Shown one piece after another: positions 1 to 14,100 of a stretch of 64,000 nucleotides of DNA. Origin of the DNA: Octopus sinensis (Eukaryota); NCBI RefSeq assembly GCF_006345805.1, contig NC_043001.1, forward strand, positions 19,778,001 through 19,842,000. Direction: 5' to 3'. Every line of letters starts with the position of its first letter. Position 1 is the stretch's first letter. The position numbers were made by a program, and so were the translations under genes. Below the pieces are notes generated by a model. It was not told where the DNA came from, made no database searches, and worked only from the letters and a program-made list of their open reading frames with translations.

Positions 1-175
1 CTATTGGCACAAGGCCTGAAATTTTAAGGGAGAGCTAGTCAATTACATCAATCCCCAGCACTTGACTGGTTCTTAATTTATCAATCCTGGAAGGATGAAA
101 GGCAATGTCAACCTCGGTGGAATTTGAACTCAGAACGTAAAGACAGACAAAATGCCGCTAAGCCTTTTGTCTAGC
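1..175 (-). mobile_element. tRNA-derived SINE family A (Meta/RUDI-like domain), variant tail
   Basis: Reverse complement of gagttcaaattcc.ccgaggttgac.ttgcctttcatcct. Confidence 0.75.
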
Positions 176-664
176 AAATCTGTGCCGGCATGGAACATAG
201 ACATTAAATGATGATGATGATTTAAGCATGATAGCAAATGGTAACAATATTTTATGTTTGTTTTATGGTGATTGATAGACTGCTCTACACTTAACATAGA
301 AAAGCAATTAGGTAAGTGAAATAAAATTCTGACAACTCTAGCTTGGATTCTTGAAGAATGGATAACTTATGCAAAAAAAATCACGCTTATTAATTAATCA
401 TTAATATCGTTTATTAAATTTATATAATATTGTCCAACTCAATCTTAAGCCAAAATTTCACAAAATAAAAAAAAAAATTGGTGTAGTAGATACACTTTTT
501 AATATCAACACCTGGCACCTGGGGGTCCTTAGTGGACATTTGGGCAGGTCTTTGATCTCAAAATAACTTTCCCCAGTTACAAATACCCTGAAAAGGCAAC
601 AACTGCTACCTTTTCTCTTCTGACAGCTAGTAAATAAACATAAACCCCTCAGAATTTAAAGTAA

Positions 665-894
665 TTAACCCTTTCGTTACTAACCCGGCTGAAACCACCT
701 GTGGCTCTGTTGTACAAATGTCTTGTTTTCATAAGTTTTGAATTAAAATCTTCTACCAAACCTTAGTCAAAATTTGTGTTTCTAACACTAGCTTAATGAT
801 AATTAAGTTATTCTACTAAATTCTTTGTTATATTTAAAATTAATTGAAAGAAACACAGAGCATCTCAACAGAAATATGGTCGCAAAAGGGTTAA
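665..894. mobile_element. piggyBac-type MITE (TTAA-CCCTTT termini), copy 1
   Basis: ttaaccctttcgttac ... cgcaaaagggttaa; TTAA at both ends. Confidence 0.8.
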
Positions 895-917
895 AATATA
901 TGATAGAGAAACAATTC

Positions 918-1147
918 TTAACCCTTTCATTACCAACCCAGCTGAAACCAGCTCTGGCTCTGTAGTACAAATGTCTTATTTTCATAAGTTTTGAATTAAA
1001 ATCTTCCACCAAACTTTAGTCACAATTTATGTTCCTAACACTAGCTGAATGATAACTAAGTTATTTTACTAAAGTCTTTGTTATATTTAAAATTAATTGA
1101 AAGAAATACAGAGCATCTCAAAATAAATACAGTAACAAAAGGGTTAA
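918..1147. mobile_element. piggyBac-type MITE, copy 2
   Basis: ttaaccctttcattac ... gtaacaaaagggttaa; same body as copy 1. Confidence 0.8.
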
Positions 1148-1230
1148 GTAGAGTTTATAGAATCTCTGTTGACACTGTATTTGGTTAATGTCATTTAATA
1201 TTGTTGATTTCCATTTTGAATTTATTTCAG

Positions 1231-1396
1231 GTTCAAGCAATCAGCCAGTTTCGAACTACGACTACCCCTAGTTCATATTTTGGACAAAATCAGTATCCTA
1301 GTACGAATGGTTCAGCTGCCGCACCACAAATTCCATCTTATCCAACACATATGAGTTCTATGATGGCTCCATCAACTGGTGCCCCAATGTCTAAAG
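1231..1396 (+). CDS. SEC31: SEC31 exon A (VQAISQF...GAPMSK-G), Pro/Ser/Gln-rich region
   Basis: tttcag|GTT acceptor and AAAG|gtaaga donor; open frame ends in phase 1, matching the next exon. Confidence 0.85.
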
Positions 1397-1411
1397 GTAA
1401 GATCTTTACTA

Positions 1412-1459
<48 letters not shown>

Positions 1460-2376
1460 CATATATATCTTTACTCTCTTTTACTCTTTTACTTGTTTCA
1501 GTCATTTGACTGTGGCATGCTGGAGCACCGCCTTTAGTCGAGCAAATCGACCCCGGGACTTATTCTTTGTAAGCCCAGTACTTATTCTATCGGTCTCTTT
1601 TGCCGAACCGCTAAGTAAACACACCAGCATCGGTTGTCAAGCAATGCTAGGGGGACAAACACACACACATATATATATATACATATATACAACAGGCTTC
1701 TTTCAGTTTCCGTCTGCCAAATCCACTTACAAGGCATTGGTCGGCCCGGGGCTATAGCAGAAGACACTTGCCCAAGATGCCACGCAGTGGGACTGAACCC
1801 GGAACCATGTGGTTGGTAAACAAGCTACTTACCACACAGCCACTCCTGCGCCTATATATATATATTATACTAGTGACTTTTATTGATGATAATTATCTCT
1901 AAATTGTTTTTATACTAATTACTTTGAAATAAAATCTTGGAGTGAAGCATAAATACACAAAGTTTATTCACATATCAGCCTGCTTGTGTGTGTGTGTGCG
2001 TAAATGTTAGTTTTTATGTCAAGTTATGTATGAAAACAATTAAACACTAAATTGAGGAATTACTCAATGCATTTTTAATGGAGCACCTGCTTTTTAAACT
2101 TTTACAAGGGCTTACAATCGAACGGAGTTTAGTGTGTTGAAACTTCAGTGTCACAGATTCCTCTCTCTCTTTACTCTTTTACTTGTTTCAGTCATTTGAC
2201 TGCGGCCATGCTGGAGCACCGCCTTTAGTCGAGCAAATCGACCCCGGGACTTATTCTTTGTAAGCCCAGTACTTATTCTATCAGTCTCTTTTGCCGAACC
2301 GCTAAGTGACGGGGACGTAAACACACCAGCATCGGTTGTCAAGCAATGCTAGGGGGACAAACACAGACACACAAAC

Positions 2377-2433
<57 letters not shown>

Positions 2434-5400
2434 TACGACAGGCTTCTTTCAGTTTCCGTCTACCAAATCCACTCACAAGGCATTGGTCGGCCCGGGGCTA
2501 TAGCAGAAGACACTTGCCCAAGATGCCACGCAGTGGGACTGAACCCGGAACCATGTGGTTGGTTAGCAAGCTACTTACTACACAGCCACTCCTGCGCCTC
2601 TCTTGTAAAAGTTTAATAAATGTGTGTGTGTGTGTGTGTGTACACATGATGACATGGCCATGTGGTTAAAATGTTTGTTTCAAAACCACATGATTTAGAG
2701 TTCGTTTTCATTGCCTAGACACTATTACCTGATGTCTTCAACTATAAGCTATGGGCTACATATGTGTATGTGCATGTGTGCGTGATCAGTGTGGCTGTGT
2801 CTGCTTCTCAATGTTAATAAAAGCTGTTATTTCAGAACTAATGCAAAAAAAAAAAAATAGTGTAAGGACGCATGCATATTATTAGGTAAAAGAAGCAGAA
2901 GATTTCATGCATATATAAATATCTAAAGGACTTAAGGACTTCCAGGAGAAATTTATAACAAATGGGCCCTATACACCAAATCCTTACCTGTACAGGTGCC
3001 GGGTCAACCAAGGGGGGATCATTCCAGCCTGAATGCTACAGAGATAAAAATGGAAGTTCTACAAGGGATACATTTATAGTGCACAAAGCTAAATTTAATA
3101 AGCATAGATGCAAAATACTTTAGATTTACATTCTCTTCGGGATAGACTTTGTCAATTAGAACTTGGCATCTTGGAGTCTTTTTTTCTCACATTGCAGACT
3201 TGTGGAACTTTTGATTTAACTGATAAGATGTACATATTCCTGGTTTAGTTATACAGCACACTCATTTCATGTTCTGAACCCAATATTGTATATATATATA
3301 TATATATATATACACACAATATATATATTACGACAGGCACCCTTGCCAACCCCCTTTGCTTGTGAAGACATGTTGGGGCAAGCGAAATCGAAATCGAATT
3401 GAACCAGCCAGGATCCCTGGTCTGGTGGTACGTAAAAAGCACTATCCGACTCGTGGCCGATGCCAGCACCGCCTCGACTGGCTTCCGTGCCGGTGGCACA
3501 TAAAATACACCAATCTGACCGTGGCCGTTGCCAGCCCCGCCTGGCACCTGTGCAGGTGGCACGTAAAAAGCACCCACTACACTCACGGAGTGGTTGGCGT
3601 TAGGAAGGGCATCCAGCTGTAGAAACATTGCCAAATTAGACTGGAGCCTGGTGCAGCCTTCTGGCTTCCCAGAACCCCGGTCGAACCGTCCAACCCATGC
3701 TAGCATGGAGAACGGACGTTAAACGACGATGATGATGATGATATCGTCATGATAGATCGTTAGCCACTACACACATTTTTTTCTCTGCTTTTTTTCTCTC
3801 CTTGTTTTTTCTCAAACCTGATCATGTAGGTTCCCTTGCCTATACTGATATCCAGCGTGTTCTCTCTCACACCTTGCGTAGCAGTATGTGCAGGTCTGTC
3901 AGTGGACTTATTCAGCATTGTAGGTCCCAACATCGAGATGGTTGGACTTTTGCTGGAAGGCTGATTTTAGGTCTGTGTGAAAGAACTTCTAGGTGCCTTG
4001 CAGGTCTTTGGAGCCATATGAGCCTTCATCAAACTGCTGGCATCAGTTGTTAGTTGTCGGAGCACTGCATCCTTCAAAACTTCCATGGTACACCTGATTT
4101 TCTCCCCTCCATACACACGCAAGCATGTATCTGACTCATACACTGTTCACTTTCCAGACATTTGTACATAACTGCATATGCTTTATACACACTTTTGACA
4201 AGTTGTGGTGCACCTGAGCACTGTATACAATAATTTCATTATTATTATTATTATTATTATTATCAGCAATGGGGAAACCAAGCTTAAAATGTTTTTACTG
4301 TGAAGTTTATCTAAGCAGGGGTCTTTGTCAATCTTGAGTTGACTTCTAACATGTGGAGAGAGGGAGAGAGAAGGATTTTTACAGCTTTCTCTTTATCTTG
4401 GGAGAATGGTTCTGGAAACATATTATGTAACCCAAACAACATGATGGAAAATACTTGACTTAACTCTATTTTTCAGGTCCTTTAGCACAAAAATATCGTA
4501 CCCATTCTGGTTCTGCAAATGCTGGTTATGGAATGGAAAACTACAACCAAACCATTGCCTTAAATCCAGATTATTCTAATAAAAGTTCATACCAACAACA
4601 GAGTTATCCTAGGTTTGTATATGGAGATATTTTATTAAAATTTCCAAATTACTACTGTTTATTGCATTTTATTACTACTATACTTTATTTTTATTGTTTA
4701 GTCAGGAAAAAAAAGATTATGCTCAGAACCTTGACTGGACCTTACAAATTGCAAGAGAACTCAGATGATTGGGAATTGTGGTTGATGCATGTTCTGGAGA
4801 AGCAGACATAGTATAGCTAATGAGAGAGAAAGAGAGTGTGTGTGTGTGTATAACTAGTAGTAGAAAGGAAAGCAGCGAGCTGGCAGAAACATTAGCACGC
4901 CGGGTGAAATGCTTAGCAGTATATTGTCTGTCTTTACGTTCTGAGTTCAAATTCCGCCAAGGTCGACTTTGCCTTTCATCCTTTCAGGGTCGATAAATTA
5001 AGTACCAGTTATGCACTGGGGTCGATGTAATCGACTTAATCCCTTTGTTTGTCCTTGTTTGTCCCCTCTATGTTTAGCCCCTTGTGGGCAATAAAGAAAT
5101 AAGAAAGGAAAAGTAAAGAGACAATGTGTCTATGAGCCAGAGATTGGCGTGTTGGCAAGTAAAACTTTATCAACCAACCAGATGACTTTCCTTTGGATAT
5201 GATTTAGGATATTCATGTGAACGTAGCAGCAGCATCCCAGATTTAGGAGCAGCATTCCATTGTGAGTTTCACTTAAGCCTTGTAGAAACTCAAAAGTGTT
5301 TACTCACTCTAAAGAGAAATGCTAGTTTTCACTCCACTTTTTATATAAGTTAACATCGGAAGCTTTTTTATATTTTTAAATTAGTAATAAGGAAAATGTT

Positions 5401-8152
5401 TCAGAAACATTTGAGCGAGGTCGTTGCCAGTGTTGCTGGACTGGCTCCTGTGCAGGTGGCACATAAAAAGCACCTTTTGAGCGTGGCTGTTGCCAGTACT
5501 GCCTGACTGGCCCTCTTGCCGGTGGCATGTAAAAGCACCCACTACACTCTCGGAGTGGTTGGTGTTAGGAAGGGCATCCAGCTGTAGAAACTCTGCCAGA
5601 TCAGATTGGAGTCTGGTGCAGCCATCTGGTTTGCCAGTCCTCAGTCAAATCGTCCAACCCATGCTAGCATGGAAAGCGGACGTTAAATGAAACAATGAAG
5701 TCTGTAGCTTCAAATAGAAACTGATGCAGGGTTGAGGGTGTGGAAAGGTGTTCCTTAGTCCTGTCACAAACAGGCTCACTTCTACTTGTGGCATGATAAA
5801 ATACACCCAAAGGACTCTGTATGATGAAAAAAGAGCATCTAACCACATAAAAATATATCAAAAAGTGGAATATACAAGCAAGACATGGACTCCACAAGTT
5901 GCATTGCAAGCTTCCCGTCTAGAAACTATATGGTCAGAGGTTTGATCCCCTACATGAACACCGTTGGCTGGTGTCCTCTACTATACACATATGCAGCAAT
6001 GAAGTATCACCACACTTTCAGCACACAGAAAGTGTCATATGTGGTACCTTGTATGGTTATAGCCCCTGTTCAGACGCCATATGGTTGAAGTCATTATCTT
6101 CATTAATTATCAATGAACAAACTTGATGGCCCAAAGCATCTTCTGTTTCCTTCCTTGTTTTTTTGGCAGTTGCTCAGTCATTATCAAAGTTTACAGATTA
6201 ACTATCAAATGTGTTCATTTTGTAGCTAACATGCTAGTAAAGGCTATTTATATGTGGGTTCTGTGATAAGTTGATATAGGATTTTGGTGGAGGGGTTTTG
6301 CTGACAATGTCATGGTTAGTAACAATGCCTTTTTGAGCAGGAGTTGTCTAGAGGACATAATTCTAATTTCATGCAGTTGATTTACTTTTCTTTGGTGTTA
6401 TATAAGGACATAACCTTTTCTCAGCGGAATTGTACTATACAAGACTTTGATATAAATTTTATTAAAGAGTTGTGCCAGTGGCATGTGTAAAAAGATTCAA
6501 GTGAGGTTGTTGCCAGTACCGCCTGACTGGCCCTCATGCTGGTGGCATGTAAAAGCATCCACTACACTCTTGGAGTGGTTGGCGTTAGTAAGGGCATCCA
6601 GCTGTAGAAACACTGCCAGATCAAGATTGGAGCCTGGTGCAGCCATCTAATTTGCCAGACCTCAGTCAAATCATCCAACCCATGCTAGCATGGAAAGCGG
6701 ATGTTAAACGATGATGATGATGTGAGTGCTTAGAAAAAAAAAGAAAGACTACATAAATTCAAGAATTTACCTGTAGACTATTTTTATAATTTTTGCTTAT
6801 TCATTTAGAAAAAAAATTAGAACTTTCTGATTAGATTTTGGGAATGAATTGATTCCTTATATTACAGAAATATACAAGAAATCACCTTTTTATTTCTCTG
6901 CATTTTAATTAAAATTGCACCTTTCAGTAATTAAAACAATAATCTCTTCTCTTCTATATTTTAGTCCAAATTCTTACCAAACTTCAAATACTTATCATCA
7001 ACAACAACCAATGCAGCCATCCAATGTATACAATCCAAATTCGGCACCAGGTAAAATATTTAATTTTGTCCTATGTAATAATATGCAAGTGTTGTATCAT
7101 AATAGTTTTGACAGGGTGCATGTGTTAATGATTACATAACAGGGTGGATACTGGTATCTTGAGATACATCATGATTTTGATTCATATCATTTGAGTGTTA
7201 CTTTTTCTCAGAGATTGTTTATTTTTCAACTTGCTTAAAACCAGAAACCAGTGAAGAAAATTCTATGAAATTATGTAGCATACTGGTATTGTGTAGAATG
7301 CATCGCTTGACCAGTTTCTTCCAATTCTAACATTGCATCCACATGTTTCAGTCTTAAATTATAGGTGAATAGCTTAGCAAGTATGGTTTGGTTACTAGCA
7401 TAATATTGTGATATCCATGATAGACATTAACAGGCAGAACAAAAATATATGGGAAAACAAGCACATTATCAGAAGTCTACAAGAACAAGTTACAACTTTT
7501 ATGTAGAATCAAGATCTGAAGTTGGGGCTTCTACATTTGTCTCTACTTACTGTCTCAATGATTAACCATGGCTCAATGGTTAGAGCATCGAGATTATGAT
7601 CGTCAGGTTGTGAGTTCGATTCCTGGACCGGGCTGCATGTTGTGTTCTTGAGCAAGACACTTTATTTCACATTGCTTCAGTTCACTCAGCTGTAGAAATG
7701 AGTTGTGATGTCACTGGTGCCAAGCTGTATTGGCCCCTTTGCCTTTCCCTTGGATAACACTGGTGGCGTGAAGAGGGGAGGCTGGTATGCATAGGTGACT
7801 GCTGGCCTTCCACAAACAACCTTGTCTGGATTTGTGCCTCGGAGTGTAACTTTGTAGGTGCAATCCCATGGTCATTCATGACAGAAGGGGGTCTCAACTG
7901 TCTTAATTTAAACATATACACTCAGATCCCCATCATTTCATCTTGTTACATATACACGCCAAACCTTCATAAAAATTTCAACCCAAATATATTGAGAAAT
8001 TAGTAATTATTTTATGCATTGAGACATAAATATACTCAAACTACAAAACAGATCATTGTTGTCAGTTGTGTAAAACATTAAAAAAATTGAATAAATTTAT
8101 AATTTACTTTACAAATGTGCTTAGCTTTCTAAGCTAGCAAGGATTAGATGTC

Positions 8153-8199
<47 letters not shown>

Positions 8200-11100
8200 C
8201 AGCCAAATACCCTATATATTGCTAACCCTTACCTGTTTTTCAAGTAATGGGTCCTTTAATCCATACATCCTCAAGAGCACAGGTCCAGCAAACTTGTTAA
8301 GAGGAAAAGAACAAACCTTGAGGATTATAGCTCAGAGCTTTTTCATTCAAAGTTCACAGGATATAAATTTGCACCCACTCACACACGACAGGCTTCATAT
8401 AGTTTCTGTCTAGCAAATTGACTCAAAAAGCATTGGTCAGCTCTGGTCCACAATAAAAGACTCAGAGGATGTTACACAATTGGACTGAAGTCAAGACCAC
8501 ATGATTGTTGGTTGTGAAGTGAACTTCTTAACCATAAGTCACATCTGCACCCAAACCAAATAACATCAACAAGTAATCATTTGTCTGATCTCTGTCTTTT
8601 AACTTGCAGAACATCAATTATACAATTAAAGTAGTCAACTTATTGAAACCCAAAAGCAAATTGTCACAAAAAAACCATTTGTTTTTCTTGTTAAAAACAT
8701 TCATACTGAAAATGTTATAGTAATTTAATGTATTAAAAGTTGTTTATACATTGGCAATTTTAGACATCTTTTCATTTTGATATTTCTGCTTTCTAGTGGC
8801 TCCACAAGCTTCTGCTCCAATGGGAGATATTCCTTCCTTCCAAGAATGAAACCTAACACACCTTGGAATGATCCACCTGTGTTTAAAGATAATGTGAACA
8901 ACTCACGTGTAAGTCAATCAAATCTAAAATGTGACACTGGTCTCGTATCCTATTTTGCAAAGCATTTTGTGTTTTTTCTTTTCTAATTATGTATTTAGTT
9001 TTTGTTGCAGAAAGTTCTTTTATAATGTGATATAAAGGTTCTTGACAAGAATCTTTTACCAAAATGTGATGGTTCTTAGATTGCTTGTTTATATAGTAAA
9101 AAACACTGCAACACTTTTCACATCTCAACTAGACCTTTTATTATTGATGTAACAATTCATTTTTCTCTTCATTATCTTTCATGCTGTCATTTCAACAAAT
9201 CAATTGAGAAACAAAAATTAAATGTTTGTAATTTCATTATTTTGTCATCTCATCAGAATTTATTCATTGAAATTGCTATTAACATATTCTCAGAGATGTT
9301 TTGTTACAGATAACTAACACTAAATTAGTATCGTCATGTATATTTATTCTGATGGTTGAATTACAAATAGCTTTTTGTATTATGTTTGCTTTAGGGATTT
9401 ACAAAAGTAACTTCTTACTTTTTCTGCTAAAAATATGTAGTAATTTTAATATTTTTCCTTCAAAACAGCTAGTGAATTACTATGCAGTCATGAAACCTAC
9501 CAGAAATAGTAGCCAAAAGCACATTAGATAACAATTACACCAGTTATACTTTAGTCTGAAATAAAGATTGGATAATTTGGGTTTGAATACCTTTGCTCGT
9601 AAATTTACTGGATCAATAATTGCCTCAGATTAAATAGCTTTTTTTTCTCAGAGCTTTTTAGGAATTTTGATTGTAAAAGATCACCACATTGGGTTTAGCA
9701 GTTTCTCTCACACCTTATTCAGAGTTACATGTTATAATATGTGATTATCATTTTTCTGATCTCCAAAATAGTAATAGCCCTTTGTACTCTAAGCACAAAG
9801 CTTGAAATTTTGAGGGAGATGGCCAGTTGATTACATCATCCCCAGTACTGAACTGGAACTTATTTCATCGAACCCTGAAAGGATTAAATACCAAATTGAC
9901 CTTGGCAGAATTTGAACTCAGAATGTAAAGCCAGAAGAAATGCCACTATGCATTTTGTCTGGCATGGTAACAATTGTGCCGGCTTTCTGCCTTCCACAAA
10001 ATAGTAATAATAATAAATAGTAATGAGCTTATTGTATAGTACTCAGGTGCTAAGTGCTTCTTTTACTTTGTTGCTCGTGTAAGCCTGTTGATATAATGAA
10101 GGCCGAAATTTATAGATACATATACTACTAATGAAAATAACATAATACAATAACTTAAGATTCATCATCATCATCATTTAACGTCCACTTTCCATGCTAG
10201 CATGGGTTGGACGATTTGACTGAGGTCTGGCGAACCAGACTCCAATCTGATCTGGCAGAGTTTCTACAGCTGGATGCCCTTCCTAATGCCAACCACTCCG
10301 AGAGTGTAGTGGGTGCTTTTATGTGCCACCGGCACGAGGGCCGGTCAGGTGGTATTGGCAACAGCCATGCTCAAATAGTGCTTTTTATGTGCCACCTGCA
10401 CAGGAGCCAGTCCAGCGACACTGGCGACGACCTCGCTCGAATGTTTCATGTGCCACCAGTACAAGTGCTAGTAAGGCGAAAAGCCGAAATGATGAAATAT
10501 AGTTTCAAGGTAAAAGTAAATTTAAATTGCTGTGTGTCATGTAACCAATGTTACTGGGAAAACTCTTTGATTACCTCAATTACCATTATTATTAATTTCT
10601 TACTGAAGTACAATATTTATAGAGGAAGAGAATACTTTTTTGCAAGGATAATAGCAGAGTCTCTCTCTTATTCTTTGACCTTTGTCTACTAACGTGGATT
10701 ACAGTTATATAAAAGTTAAAAGCTTGATATTTTTTATGGCATATGATTATTACTTTTATAATAGTCTGTGTTGTTTACTGTTCCTTACAAACTAAAATCA
10801 CAGAGGAAAATTTTTTAATATTTAAAAAAAATTTTAATTGTTATGATTTCATACCATTTTACTAACAGACAAGTTTGAAAATGTTAACTTCACCTTGTTC
10901 TCTTGAATTTTTCTCTTGATTTGCACTTGTTTCACTGAATTGAATTTGGATTGTGTCACAAATCACAACACAACACAAAGCAACATGTCATAAACTGAAT
11001 TAGATCAATAAACACCATTATGATAATGGTTGTGTGTTACACTTAATAAAAATTATGTTAACATGTTTTTTTTTTTCAAAGTAACATACGTAGATTAAGG

Positions 11101-14100
11101 AAAAACTGCAAATTAATCTGGTTATTTCCTTGGCGAACTTCTGTTTAGAAATTCTTATATTTGAAATAATAGAACATTTTTCAATAGATAGTATATGAAT
11201 AACATTTTAATAAGAATCATGCTGAACATCATTGTAGACTAAACATTTTTTTTTCCATATCTGTTCCAGTGTTTGGGGGTGAAATATTGCCCGAGAACTT
11301 TTCGTAGCAGTTTAGAATGTCTTAAGATATCTATTTTACTTGGGGCAAATGTTAGAACAAAATCCAATCTAAAACATTTGCAGGTTCTGTAAATATTTAA
11401 TAGATAAAGGTGAGATGAATCACTGATAAAGAAAGTCAAAGAAAGGCAAAAATTTTTCATTTATTTACCTTAACTTTGATAATAATTCTTGATAATATAA
11501 AACAGATTTTACCAGTTTGTTGACAAAGAAAAAAAACTATTGAATATCAAGAATTTGTCTTGTAAAATTATAAATCTACTTTCCAATAGGAATAGAAATT
11601 TTATGGTACTACAAATTTATAAATATGTATAATAATGTATATATTTTATAGCTAAATATGTCATAATATTCACTACTGGAGTGGAAAAAATTCACTTCAG
11701 TAGATGTAAAGTATGTTGAAAAATGTGTATACCTGAAGAACACTACAAATGGAAACGACAAAATTGAAGTTTAGTTTTGAACTATTTTTTAACTTTTAAA
11801 CCACTGTTAAGTTATTGTTTCAACTGCAATGGTTCGAAGCAGTGGAAATAAAGCAAACGATTGAAAAAGAACAAAATATAAATACACCGTTAGCAGTACT
11901 ATAAAATATTTTATATTTAAATATTCCATTGAGTTAAGAGTAATCTTTATAATTAACTATGAATAATCTAGAAAATTAAACAAATAGCTAATATTTACTA
12001 CAATTAGATGGAGTAAATATTGTCCATTCATAAAATAATTCTTCATTAAGGATACATATATATATATGTACTAGATTACCTATGACCTGTTGGGTCACCA
12101 ATAATTCAAGGTACCCAAAAAAACTGCATATCTCGGGAACCTGCGGTCCAATTTACATGAAACTTGTTTTATTCTGTTTGCATTCCCATTTCAATGGTAC
12201 CTCACTTTCAAAGTATTTTCTCATTATGCACCGGTTTGACTATTAAATTACAGACAAGCAAGCATGCAAACAAGCAATCATAACGGTACCTGAGAAAACC
12301 ATGTGTCTCAGGAAACTGTGGTCTGATTTACATGGAACTTGTCTTATTCAATTTGTAGTCTCATTTCAGGGGGACTACACAATAAAGGGCAATAACTCCA
12401 GGTTTCCACTGCTTCAATTTGTGGAAACAAACCCACAAAAACCATGTATCTTGGGAATCTTTGGTCCGATTTATGCAAAACTTATTTTACTCTGTTTGTA
12501 TTCACATTTCAGGGGTATCTTACTTTCAGAGGCTTTTCCCATTATGCGCCAGTTTGGCTGTATTAAGCACGCAAGCAAGCAATCACAGACTTTTAGTATT
12601 ATATAGATGTATATATCTCATTTAACATTTCCAAATAATAGACAAACTAATTGACATGTAAATAACAGTTAATGATTTTGTGTATTTTTTAAAAATTTTA
12701 ACAAAAGAAAATTTATTTTATAAAACTATTATATTATGTTTTCAACAATTGATAAAATAATTTTTCCTGCTTGTTATATTATTTTGCAAATGTTGCTTAA
12801 TGCAAGCTAGAATGTGGTTATTAGTTACCTCTGCACTTAATGCCTGCGTTGCCTTAAGGTTTTATACAATATTTCCCTTGTGAGAATGTGGTAGTTACAT
12901 TTGTATTGAGTTATCAATCTCAATATCTGTAACCATTTTTTTTCCCTAAGTGCTGGATCGAAGGAAAGGGCAGCACTTGTGGCCTTTGCAGGGCCTTCTA
13001 GACTGGTGAGATTGATGCCATTAATGGTACTCTTAAAACTTTGTATGTTAAACACGTGCTGGAAAGATAGAGCAGGAAGGGCATTCGGGAGAGGTTCCAA
13101 AGAGTTGATGTTCTGGGATGGAAGGACTTGCATAGTGATTAGTGTGAAGCTTAGGGAGCTGAACACAACAACAGTGATGAGGAAAAGAGAGGTGAGCAGA
13201 ATAGGAATGCTTGAGAGTTGGGGGCATGAGCCCAGGCAGCTCTGAGGAGCAAAAGCCAGATGGTAGCAGTAGAAGAGAGGGGGGTAGACAGCGTGCCTAA
13301 GAATCAGTGGTTGGAGCATGTCTGTGAGTAACTCTATGTCAGTCAGTCAAGGGCTCTTTTCTAGATGTACTCTGGGTTGTCTCATTACTATTTTGGTCCA
13401 TGACTGCTAGCTTTGCATCAAAGATAGTGTGTTCAGAGCAGTTAATGTTTATTTGGATATATGAGAGTAGGAAACAAAGCCCTGATGATTGACTTCAAAT
13501 GATATAAACAAGAATAATACATCATAGGATGGGGATAAGCCAACTGCAATAAACAGACTGCCAACTTAGAAACATCAAAACCTATATAATATTTATAGAA
13601 GACATTAAAGGAGATATACAGCTCTGTTATGAATAAAGACTGAAGATTGTGATAGCATGCACACTGCCAATAAACTAGTTGACATTTTCTGGTTAGCTTT
13701 AGATGGGAAATGATAAAAAGAAGATGTAGTGATTTGAATAGGGTAAAATTAATCCATTTCGTGTATATAAATATACTTTGTTTTGGAGTTGATGTACAAA
13801 ATAATGAAACTATAAAATATATAATTAACCTTGCTCAAATCATATAACGACTTGTGTGTTTGTGTGTGTGTGTAATAGTGGATTTCTATTAACAAAGATT
13901 CTGTTATTCAATCAACCAAATTACCAGCTCCTGAATTAATGTGTAATGGACTGAGTATTCTAAACATGTGTACCCTTATTGTAATTCTCAGGCAGAGCCA
14001 GCATGACACAGGGTGTGACAAGGCTGTGCCTTCTTGAACTGCTGAGATAATCCACCCAATAGGCTTCTACAGATATAGTAACATATGATCAAGAGGCCAC

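Noticed and set aside
1506-2669. Recurrent ORFs MLGGQTQT..., MSSNARG..., MTTDAGVF... (also near 21042, 29310, 42972, 61882)
   Set aside because: These are chance frames through SINE family B and its microsatellites.
2988-3035. Exon of a separate minus-strand gene
   Set aside because: It is an exact copy of the SEC31 microexon inside the inverted duplicate, and no partner exons were found on the minus strand.
3245-3706. Recurrent ORFs with FLQLDALPNANHS (10207, 15516, 21903, 37661, 40115, 49587, 58937 and others)
   Set aside because: These are antisense or other frames of the RTE 3' UTR, not proteins.
4871-4960. tRNA genes at SINE heads (also 7565, 22840, 25531, 43009 and others)
   Set aside because: A/B boxes are present but there is no complete cloverleaf, and each head runs into a SINE body.
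8245-8295. Extra SEC31 exon to repair the exon C-D phase
   Set aside because: 51 nt keeps phase 1 and the donor is weak; no phase-changing exon with good sites was found in 7051-8796.
12837-13319. 160-aa hydrophobic ORF as a membrane protein
   Set aside because: It is a mosaic of frames from a decayed L2/CR1 RT tail.
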